Positions 1 through 11,921 of a stretch of DNA of 64,000 nucleotides are shown one piece after another (the stretch's first letter is position 1; every line of letters begins with the position of its first letter). The translations under genes and the position numbers were made by a program. Location: positions 21,452,001 through 21,516,000 of the forward strand of contig OX597838.1 of assembly GCA_951406725.2 (NCBI GenBank). Reading direction: 5' to 3'. The DNA comes from Octopus vulgaris. Lineage: Eukaryota. The notes below the pieces were generated by a model. It did no database searches and was not told the DNA's origin. It saw nothing but the letters and a program-made list of their open reading frames with translations.

Positions 1-87
1 CAAGTAAAAGAACATATATATATATATAATCGTCATCATTTATATATATATATATATATCATCGTCATCATTTATATATATATATCA

Positions 88-343
88 TCACCATCACATG
101 ACTGACCAGTCCATCAGATGTAGTTACACATCGCTGGTCACAATGTGTTCACATTTTTTTAGCCTTCGAATGACGCCACCCCGCTGGCTAAGCGAGCAGG
201 CCAACAAAAGAAAGAGTGGTGAAAGAGTACAGCAGGGATCACCACCGCCTGCCGGAGCCTCACAACGCCCGGTCTGGGAATCGAAACCGCGATCCTACGA
301 CTGCGAGTCCGCTGCCCTAACCACTAGGCCATTGCACCTCCAC
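88..343 (-). mobile_element. tRNA-derived SINE family B, tail type 1
   Basis: Head tggcctagtggttagggcagcggactcg...gtttcgattccc on the minus strand. Confidence 0.8.
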
Positions 344-356
344 ATATATATATATA

Positions 357-745
357 TGTCCCGTGTCGGTGGCACGTAAAAGCACCATCCGTTCGTGTTC
401 GTTGTCAGCCTCGGCTGGCCCCCGTGCCGGTGACACGTAAAAGCACCATCCGTTCGTGGCCGTTTGCCAGCTCTGTCTGGCCCCGTGTCGGTGGCACGTA
501 AAAGCACCATCCGTTCGTGGCCGTTCGCCAGCTCTGTCTGGCACCTGTGCAGGTGGCACGTAAAAAACACCCACTACACTCGCGGAGTGGTTGGCGTTAG
601 GAAGGGCATCCAGCCGTAGAAACACTGCCAGATCTGACTGGGCCTGATGAAGCCTTCCAGCTTCACAGACCCCAGTTGACCCGTCCAACCCATGCTAGCA
701 TGGAAAGCGGACGCTAAATGATGATGATGATGATGATGATGATGA
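357..745 (+). mobile_element. SINE-like family D with internal 61-bp tandem units and (GAT)n tail
   Basis: ttaggaagggcatccagc body; related copies at 770-970 (-), 1722-1995, 3125-3355 (-), 8040-8300, 12640-12890 and 18355-18590 (-). Confidence 0.75.
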
Positions 746-1301
746 TATATATATATATATATATATATATCATCGTCATCATTTAATGTCCGTTGTCCAT
801 GCTGGCATTGGTTGGACAGTGTGACTAGAGCTGACAAGCTGGTGGTTGTGGGGCCTGCACCAGACTCCAGTCTCATTTGGCAGGGTTTCTACAGCTGGAT
901 GCCCTTCCTAACACCAACCACTTTACTGAGTGTGCTGGATGCTTTTACATGACCCAACATGGGTGCTTTTATAATAATAATAATCTTTTGTACTATAGGC
1001 ACAAGGTTTGAAATTTTGTGGAGGTGGGCTAGTTGATTATATTGGCCCCAGTGCAAAACTGGTGCTTATTCTATCAACTCTGTAAAGAAGTTGACCTTGG
1101 CGGAATTTGAACTCAGAACGTCAAGGCTGATGAAATGCTGCTAAGCATTTTGCCAGGTGTGCTAATGATTCTGCCATCTCACCTGTTTTTTTTTTTTTTA
1201 ATAACAATGTTTATTGATTTTATTTTTCACCAGGTGCCATTGGTTACGTTAAAGTTCTGACATCTGAGGTGTGGGCTTCGAACAAGAAACCTTCAACAGG
1301 G

Positions 1302-1570
1302 ATGGCCACTTCTACTGAGGCCAGTTCCACAGAGGCCAGTTCTACTGAGACCACTTCTACTGAGGCCACTTCTACAGAGGCCAGTCCTACTGAGACCACT
1401 TCTAATGAGGCCAGTTCAACTAAGGATGTGCCCAATGCAGACCCTGGAGAAGATCTGAAGGCTAAACCAGTCACATGTACTCTCAAACAGATGACCGATG
1501 CCGGACAGTTCTCATACTCCAGTATTTGTGCTCTGGGACTGAAGGTACTCTTTGATGACAAATGGCATCA
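1302..1570 (+). CDS. TMCO4: TMCO4 coding exon 1 (exon begins at 1234; MATSTEASS...[21 protein letters not shown])
   Basis: Acceptor tttttcaccag|1234; ATG at 1302; donor ca|gtaagt at 1571; C-terminal part resembles the TMCO4 N-terminal helix. Confidence 0.8.
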
Positions 1571-2589
1571 GTAAGTAGACACTGAGATGTGTATTTATAT
1601 GTATATGCCTGTGGTCTGTGTGTATATGTGTGCATAGCTGTCTCTGTGTGTGTGTCCACATTTATGTATATGTGTGTATGTATGAGGAAATGCTGAAAAG
1701 TTAGTGTATTGCAAAAGGCCTGGCTAGAGGCAGCTGGACTGGCTCCTGTGCAGGTGGGACGTGAAAAACACCATTTGAGCATGGCCGTTGCCAGTACCGC
1801 CTGACTGGCCCTCGTGCCGGTGGCACATAAAAGCGCTCACTACACTCTCGGAGTGGTTGGCATTAGGAAGGGCATCCAGCTGTAGAAACTCTGCCAGATC
1901 AAGATTAGAGCCTGGTGCAGCCATCTGGTTCGCCAGCCCTCAGTCAAATCGTCCAACCTATGCTAGCATGGAAAGCGGATGTTAAACGATGATGATTATT
2001 ATTGATGTTGTTATTATTATTATTATTATTATTATTTCATCTGCTGCTATGTTCTGAGTTCAAATTCTGCTGAGGTTGACTTTGCCTTTCATCCTTTCGG
2101 GGGTCGATGAAATAGGTACCAGTTATGCACTGGGGTTGATGTAATCGACTAGCCTCCCCCCAACCACCACTTTCCCCCCAAATTTTCAAAGGCTTTGTGC
2201 CTAGAGTAGAAATAATGATTATTATTATTATTATTATTATTATTATGAGGTTGACTTTGCCTTTCATCCTTTTGGGGTCAATAAATTAAGTACCAGTGAA
2301 ACACTGGGGTTGACATAATTGACTAGTCCTCTCCCCACAAATTTCGGGCCCTGTGCCTATGGCAGAAAGGATTATTATTATTAAGATGGTGAGCTGGCAG
2401 AATTGTTAGTTTGCTGAGAAAAATGCTTAGTGGTAATTCGTCTGTCTTTACATTCTGAGTTCAGCTGAGGCTGACGTTGAGTTTCATTCTTTCAGGGTCG
2501 ATAAAATAAGTACCTGTTAAGCACTGGGGTCAATGTAATCGACTTAACCCCTCCCCTGAAATTGCTGGCCTTGTGCCAAAATTTGAAAC

Positions 2590-2643
<54 letters not shown>

Positions 2644-2644
2644 T

Positions 2645-2675
<31 letters not shown>

Positions 2676-5600
2676 TTATTTTAGCTCATATAAAAATGAT
2701 GTATTGACGAAAATCTTCAATTATTTTGATCAACCTAAACAGGTGGGTTTTTTTTCAATTAAGCATTATATTATCTTCTTAATTACATAACACGATATTT
2801 TCTGGGTATTGCTGGCTATATCAAATACAAAATGTGTATTCAAATACTGACAACATAAGACAGTAATATAAAAAAATATATATTCAAATACAGATACTGA
2901 TCAATTGTGGAGAGAAAATATATCTGTCTGTTGCTTGCGTTTTTGATTAAAATAATAAATCAAATATTTCTGGTAATTATGTAAGAAAATGTGTTGTAAG
3001 TGTAGTTAACGCTGTGTAACATGATTTTTGTCCTTGGATATCAAACTGTTATTTCCTATTTGCTGACACCTAGAAAGTATGATAAATGGCTCATATTTCC
3101 TTCAGACTTTGTTTTTGTTATCATCATCGTTGTTGTTGTCATTGTTTAACGTCTGTTTTCCATGCTAGCATTGGTTGGACGGTTTGACCAGGGTCTGGGA
3201 GGCCAGGAGGCTGCACCAGGCTCCAGTCTGATTTGGCAGTGTTTCTACGGCTGGATGCCCTTCCTAACGCCAACCACTCCGTGAGTGTAGTGGGTGCTTT
3301 TTACGTGCCACTGGCACAGGGGCCAGAAGAGGCTGGCAACGGCCACGATCGGTTACTTGGAGGAGGAGAGGGAGGATAAGGGAGGAGGGACGGAGGAGAG
3401 GGGAGGATAAGAAGAGGGGTGGAGGGGAAGAGGAAGAAGAAGAAGATAAGAAGGTAAAGCTACTGTAGTCTTTTATTTGCTTCTTAATTATTATTTTAAT
3501 TAGATTTTTGATGCTCACTACATTAATAGGTTAGCAGGATCAGGGCTAACCCAGGGTTAAATTATGACGACAGTAACAACAGTGATAATGACAACATCAT
3601 TAAAATGTCCTAGAAATTCTTGAAACTTCTAGAAAGTTCTACAAAATTATACTTCAGCAACTCAGCACTGAATTCAAACCCCAAAGAATCCCCCTCAACA
3701 CATGGCTATGGTACTTCCCTGCTACTTTTGCTCATCATCAGAGATCCATATATTGTCATTCACTAAGGGACCTGATCAAGAGGTTAAGGTCAAACAACTG
3801 ACAAAGCAATTCTGTGGTATTGAGCAGAATATGTGCTGTAATGATATTTCTGCTTCAGCAGGTTGGCACTGAATCTGTCTGAAATATAATGGAAAATAGG
3901 TTAGATCTCTTATTTTTACTGCCTTCTATGTTGCCAGAATGTTCTAAGAATTCTTGAAACTTCTAGAAAGTTCTACAAAATTGTGCTTCAGCAACTCGGC
4001 ACTGAATCTGAAATGAAATGGAAAATAGGTCAATTTCAAAACATTGACATCCAGGTCACAAAAGCTAAGTTTGGAGGGAATAGTAGTGATTTCCTTTGAT
4101 TTCTAGATAGAAGCAAATAGGAAACAGCACTTACTGACCAAAGACAAAAAAAAAAAAAATAAAAATTTTGTTACACAGGCAAGGAGTGGCTGCGTGGTAA
4201 GTAGCTTGCTTACCAACCACATGATTCCGGATTCAGTCCCACTGCGTGGCACCTTAGGCAAGTGTCTTCTATAGCCTCGGGCCGACCAAAGCGTTGTGAG
4301 TGGATTTGATAGACGGAAACTGAAAGAAGCCCGTTGTATATATGTATATATATATGTATGTGTGCGTATATGTTTGTGTGTCTGTGTTTTCTCCCCCCAC
4401 AACATTGCTTGACAATTGATAGTGTTGTGTTTACGTCCCCGTAACTTAGTGGTTCGGCAAAAGACACCGATAGAATAAGTACTAGGCTTACAAAGAATAA
4501 GTACTAGGCTAGTCGATTTGCTCGACTAAAGGCGGTGCTCCAACATGGCCACAGTCAAATGACTGAAACAAGTAAAAGAGTAAAACTAGTTTTTAAACAT
4601 TAAATGATTATGACGGGGTCCACCAGAATAAAATAATAATCACGGGGGGGTGGTCCTTGGATAAAATAAAATGGTTGAAAACCCCTGATGTAGACTATTT
4701 TTGATATCCATGTTGTGAGTATAGGTTCACTCTGTATTTACCAACATACAAATCAATTTAGTGTAAACATGTAGTCTAAACATTCAAACATCATCAACAT
4801 CTTTCCAAATCCTGGTGCATTTAACATGGAATTTTTGGTCCTCCAAAGTCATCCTGGTGCATAAGTTGACCTACATTTTTTTTTTTGGTGTTTTTGGTTA
4901 GTCAGTTTTAGTCAGAAAAATTTGACTTGTATCCTGGAATCTTTGTTAAATGTTCTTATGGTTCTTTATTATTACTCTTTTACTCTTTTACTTGTTTCAG
5001 TCATTTGACTGCGGCCATGCTGGAGCACCGCCTTTAGTTGAGCAAATCGACCCCGGGACTTATTCTTTGTAAGCCCAGTACTTATTCTATCGGTCTCTTT
5101 TGCCAAACCGCTAAGTGACGGGGACGTAAACACACCAGCATCGGTTGTCAAGCAATGCTAGGGGGACAAACACACACATACACACATATATATACATATA
5201 TACGACGGGCTTCTTTCAGTTTCCGTCTACCAAATCCACTCACAAGGCATTCATCGGCCTGAGGCTATAGCAGAAGACACTTGCCCAAGATGCCACGCTG
5301 TGGGACTGAACCCGGAACCATGTGGTTGGTTAGCAAGCTACTTACCACACAGCCACTCCTGCGCCTATAATATATGTTTATCATCATCATCATTATCATC
5401 ATCATCATCATTACATTTAACAGAGTAATCTGAATGCTGAAGGGTTAGTCATTAAACCTGTCTGTTTTATTTATTTATTTTAGTTTTGTTTACCCTTTTT
5501 TTTTTAACCTTTTTTTTTTCCTTTGCCCAAATTTCAGGTTCGTGTCAACATCAAAGCGTTCTTGGAGGGTCATGGCAGCGATGAAATCGACCCCTACATT

Positions 5601-8006
5601 GAAGTTTTGCTGCGTGAAGAAGTCTTGAAAGATTCCCTATTACCATTGGTTGTTGAGCTTATTCCACTATTAATTAACAATGGTAAACTTACTCCTATGC
5701 ATCTTATTTCGTGTTTCGCTTTTACTGTTTCGCATTCGTTTTTACCATTCCTGAACTGGCAGGATTACGTTGTTGTTTAGTTGCATGTTTCCTTGTCTTA
5801 CCTTGTCCCCACCCACTCCTTCTCCTTCGTCAACTCCTGCTGGAGACATAGGGGCCACTTTCGTGACGTTTGGCATATCTTAGGCATTTTTTTAAACCAG
5901 GAAGAACCTAGGTGCAGGAGTGGCTGTGTGGTAAGTAGCTTGCTAACCAACCACATGGTTCCGGGTTCAGTCCCACTGTGTGGCACCTTGGGCAAGTGTC
6001 TTCTACTATAGCCTCGGGCCGACCAAAGAAGCCCGTCGTATATATGTAAGTCCCGGGGTCGAGTTGCTTGACTGAAGGCGGTGCTCCAGCATGGCCGCAG
6101 TCAAATGACTGAAACAAGTAAAAGAGTAAAAGAGTATTCCTTTCACATGAGGTCAAGACTGTAACACACACACACACACACATGCACATACACAGACACC
6201 TTTTCAAATCTAATCACATGATCTGGGGGTGGCAGAGATTTATCTCCCTGCCAGTGATACAATCAAGAGTGCAATTTGCACCAAAAGCCAATACGAGAGA
6301 TTTTCTCGTGGTATCTACCACAGTATACTCTGTTCTAACAGAACATCCAGCTTTAAGTCGGGATAAATATTACCTCTCAGTATTATTACTACCTCTGTTG
6401 CTAATATATATTTTTCAACAAGTTCACTGGCTAATTATGACACCAGCACCTCTCCTGGCACTGTTATTCTATATATCACTGTGCCTCTAGCAGTCAAGTG
6501 TCCATCATTAATGAGACAACGGAAGACTGAAATTATGTGATCTGGTGGTCTCAGTGCTGGAGGTGGCCAGGGATTTATCTCTCCACTAGTGATATAAACA
6601 AGTCCATTTTTGCACCAAAAGCCAATATGAGAGATTCTCTCATGGTATCTACCACAGTATAGTTTGTTCTAACTGTACATCTGTGTTTAAGTGGGGATAA
6701 ACATTACCTCTTCATATCAATACTACCTCTATCACTGATAAATATTTTTTAACAAGCTTTTAGGCTAATCACTACATGAGTGCTTGTTCTGGCAATGTTA
6801 TTTTATATCCATCGCTGTCTAGGAAATGAATCACTGCTATCTCTAGTGTTTGAGTGTCCATCATTGATAAGACCAAGGAAGGTTGAAATCATGTGATCTG
6901 GTGATCTCAGTGCTGGAGGTGGCCGGGGATTTATCTCCCCACTAGTGATATAAACGAGTGCATTTTTGCACCAAAAGCCAATATCAGAGTTTCTCTCGCA
7001 GAATCTGCTGCAGTATAGCTTGTTCTAACAGAACACCCATGTTTAACTGGGGATAAATATTACCTCTCTATATATCAACCGGACTATCAGATGTTGTTAT
7101 ACACCTCTGATCACAATGCACTTCCTTGCATTGTTGTAGCTTTTCAACTATGCCATCCCACTGGTTGGGTGGATCGGCCAACAGTCCTCTTGTACAGGGC
7201 CCCTGTCCACCACGGGGTTACCCATTCACAGCTGAGTAGAGCAGAGCAATGTGAAATGAAGCTCTTTGCTCAAGAGCACAAAGACACTGCTGGGCTGGGA
7301 ATCGAAACACAGCCATGTGATTGTGGGTGCAACACCCTAACCTCTAGGCCACGCGCCTTTACACACACACACGATTGATTAGTTTGCAGTGTTGCTCTGA
7401 AATCCTACCAGGAGTATAGATTAGCAGAGGATTACTCCTTCCTTCCTGTCTTCCTTCCTTGCCAATAGTATGACATGTTCAGTGTATAGGATTATAATAG
7501 GTGAGATTAGAGGAGATTAGAGGTCGCAGTGGTAGTAGTGAGAATGGTTGTAAATGTAAAGATTGTGGTGGTGATGCTGGTGTGGGCAGTAATGGTTGTG
7601 AACATGGTGATTGTGATGGTGGTGGTGACTGGTTGTGATGGTGATGGTGACTGGTTGTGATGGTTGTAAACGTTATGATTGCGAGCATGAAGGAAATAAC
7701 GACGATGATGACAACGATGACCACCACCACTACTACCACCACCACCACCACCACAACCACCACTACTACTATTACCACCACCACCACCACACCACCATCA
7801 CCACTACCACCACCACCACTACTAGTACTACCACTACACCATATATGTATATATATATACATATATATATATGTACATGTGTATATATGTGTGTACATGT
7901 ATATATGTCTGTATGTATATATATATATGTACGTGTCATCATCATCATCATCGTTTAACGTCCGCTTTCCATGCTAGCATGGGTTGTGTATATATGTGTA
8001 TGCATG

Positions 8007-8039
<33 letters not shown>

Positions 8040-9723
8040 GTATCTCCTGTGCAGGTGACACATAAAACCACCATTTGAGCGTGAGCGTTGCCAGTACCGC
8101 CTGACTGGCCCTCGTGCCAGTGGCACGTAAAAGCACCCACTACACTCTCGGAGTGGTTGGTGTTAGGAAGGGCATCCAGCTGTAGAAACTCTACCAGATC
8201 AGATTGGAGCCTGGTGCAGCCATCTGGCTCACCAGTCCCAAGTCAAACCGTCTAACCCATGCCAGCATGGAAAGCGGATGTTAAACGATGATGATGATGA
8301 TGAAATAAGATTTTTTGTTACGCTGTGATTTTGTAAAGCATTTGTTTTGCGCTCTTTGAATGCAGGACACATACTTATTACTAGCAATTCACATTCCTGT
8401 ACTTATGGAACTCTGAGCACCTTTTCGAACTCCACCCGTCTAACACCCGTGGACATATTTACAAAGTCAGAAAACAGCGCAGCTCCCATGAGTTTAGGAA
8501 ACATTTTTTCACGCTGAGAGTTGCTGAAGCATGGAACAAACTGCCAGCATCAGTTGTTAGTTGTCGGAGCACTGCATCCTTCAAAACTTCCATGCTTCCT
8601 GAGATTCGCCAACACTACACCTGATTTTCTCCCCTCCATACACACGCAAGCATCTATCTGACTCATACATTGTTCGCTTTCCAGACATTTGTACATTACT
8701 GCATATGCTTTATACGCACTTTCTGACAAGTTGTGGTTCACCTGAGCACTCTTTACTCTTTTACTTGTTTCAGTCATTTGACTGCGGCCATGCTGGAGCA
8801 CTGCCTTTAGTTGAACAAATCGACCCCGGGACTTATTCTTTGTAAGCCCAGTACTTATTCTATTGGTCTCTTTTGCCGAACCGCTAAGTGACGGGGACGT
8901 AAACACACCAGCATTGGTTGTCAAGCAATGCTAGGGGGACAAACACAGACACACAAACACATACACGCATATATATATACATATATACGACAGGCTTCTT
9001 TCAGTTTCCGTCTACCAAATCCACTCACAAGGCATTGGTCGGCCCGGGGCTATAGCAGAAGACACTTGCCCAAGATGCCACGCAGTGGGATTGAACCCAG
9101 AACCATGTAGTTGGTTAGCAAGCTACTTACCACACAGCCACTCCTGCACTGTATACAATAATTTCATTATTATTATTATTATTATTTATTTATTTATGGT
9201 GTTTGTTTAGGTAGATACGATGCTCGTTCGCGAGTGCTGGCCAAACATCTTGCTTGGTTGTTTCGAATCAACTGGGACGACATCATAGACTTTGAGAAGA
9301 CATACTCCGAGCAGTTGAAGACAGATGCTTACAGAGTATCTCAGTGAGTAAACTTTCAGCTCTCTCTTTCCATTTTCACCAGTATATTTACATACTCGCA
9401 CGCGCGTGTGTGTGTGTGTTTCTTTTATCTTTTACTTGTTTCACTCATTTGACTGTGGCCATGCTGGAGCATCGCCTTGAAGAATTTCAGCTGAATGTAT
9501 CGACCCTGTACTTATTTTTTTAAAGCCCGGTACTCATTCTATCGGTCTCTTTTGCCAAACAGTTATGGGGATATAAACACACCAACACTGGTTGTCAAGC
9601 AGTGGTGGGGGATAAAGATGCAAAGACACATGCACACATAGATATATACCTGTATATACACACACATATATAGATATATATACACATATATATATATACA
9701 CACATACACACACACACACCTAC

Positions 9724-9774
<51 letters not shown>

Positions 9775-9912
9775 CATACAATGGGCTTCTTTCAGTTTCC
9801 ATCTACCAGATCCACTCACAATGTTTTAGTCAGCCCGAGGCCATAGAAGAGGACACTTGCCCAAGGTGCTATGCAGTGGGACTGAACCGGGAACCATGTG
9901 GTTGGGAAGCAA

Positions 9913-9956
<44 letters not shown>

Positions 9957-11200
9957 ATAGATATAACACAAACATATATGGATATGTGTGTGATTGTATA
10001 TGTATGTATAAGTGTATATAATTCTCAATCAACATGAATAGCACATAAACAACTATCTTTTGATACAGAAACAGCACAGGCTATGCTTTCAGGTTTTTTT
10101 GGGGGATAAAGTTTTCAGAAATAACCCAAGAAGTTTACCGTTAATTCCATGAAATATTCACAGGTTTTGTTAATAAAATATAAATGTGTGAAATATTCAT
10201 GGGTCCTGCTAATGAAATATAAATTATTGTTCATCTGGATGTCATTTCAGGGAAGAAGCTGAAGAGAAAAGCAAACGAGCAAGGAATAATAAATTTAAAA
10301 GGGTTGCCCTTATAAGTTTAGCCACTGTTGGTGGCGGGACCTTGATTGGTAAGCATTACCATTGCCTCGATATTCTTTTATTCTTTTTAATTTGTTTCAA
10401 TCATTTGACTGCGGCCATGCTGGAGCACTGCCTTTAGTTGAGCAAATCAACCCCAGGACTTATTTTTTGTAAGCCTAGTACTTATTCTGTTGGTATCTTT
10501 TTACTCAACTGCTAAGTTACGGGAATATAAACACACCAGCATTGGTTGTCAAGCGATGTTGGGGGGACAAACACAGACACACAAACATGTACATATGCAC
10601 ACACACACACACACACACAGACACACACACACATATATATATATGACGGACTTCTTTCAGTTTCTGTCTACCAAATCCACTCACAAGGCTTTGGACGGCC
10701 CGAGGCTATAGTAGAAGACACTTGCTCAAGGTGCCATGCAGTGGGACTGAACCTGGAACCATGTGGTTCATAAAGTATAAAAAGAATTTAAAAAAAAAAA
10801 TTATTTTTTTAAAAAAAGCTGTAAAATCTTTTATCAGGATGTTACTAACCTTTTCGGAAGAATCTTTTTTCCTAGTGTGTGTGGACACTTTCAATTAACC
10901 TTTCCAAACACACGTGCCCTTGGTCAACGTATGAACAAGGAAATTGTTATTTCTATAATAGTATTAATATTAACTATTTCCGGTTTATTTTCGGACTTGA
11001 GGCTTTCATAAATTATTCTTCCTTTGTCTTTCATAGTTAACCATAAGAAGTTTTTTTTCACCATTATTTATTATATGGAATGTTGACTATTTTCAGTTTA
11101 ATTTCAGATTTAAAATTCTTAGAAAGTATTCTTCTTTTGCCATTCATAGTTGAACATTTTCATCGTTTATTTTGTAAAATGGGGATATTTCAAATTTTCC

Positions 11201-11241
<41 letters not shown>

Positions 11242-11784
11242 GTTTTATTTATTATTTTGCACATTACTTAATCATTGTTATATGTTTTATATTATATTTA
11301 ATCTTTCTATAAGATGTAATTTTTCTAAATGGTATAATTTAATTTTCATTATTGAATTGATAAAAGGTGTTTTTTTTCTAATTTATATATATATGTATAT
11401 ATATGAATATTATATTTTGTGAAATTTGATTTAATATTTCTAAATTGAATTTTTCCCTGTAAGTTTGGAATAATATTCCCTCATATTATTATTATTATTA
11501 AATATATATATATATACGTTGTATCTCTATCTGTGTGTCTTTCTCTTCTTCAACAGGTTTAACTGGGGGTCTGGCTGCTCCTTTAGTGGCCGCTGGTGCT
11601 GGTGCCATTATAGGAGGGGCTGGGGCAGCAGCTCTTGCTACTACCACTGGTCTCGCTGTCATTAGTTCCTTGTTTGGTGTTGCTGGTGCTGGACTAACAG
11701 GTCTCTTTTACTATTCTCTGTTTGTGTGTCTATCTACCTCTATCTATCTATCTCTCTGTCTGTCTGTCTCTGTCTGTCCATCCG

Positions 11785-11823
<39 letters not shown>

Positions 11824-11834
11824 GCCTCTATCTA

Positions 11835-11921
<87 letters not shown>

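Noticed and set aside
4612-4687. hAT-like element end (atggttgaaaacccctg)
   Set aside because: No matching opposite end or target duplication found
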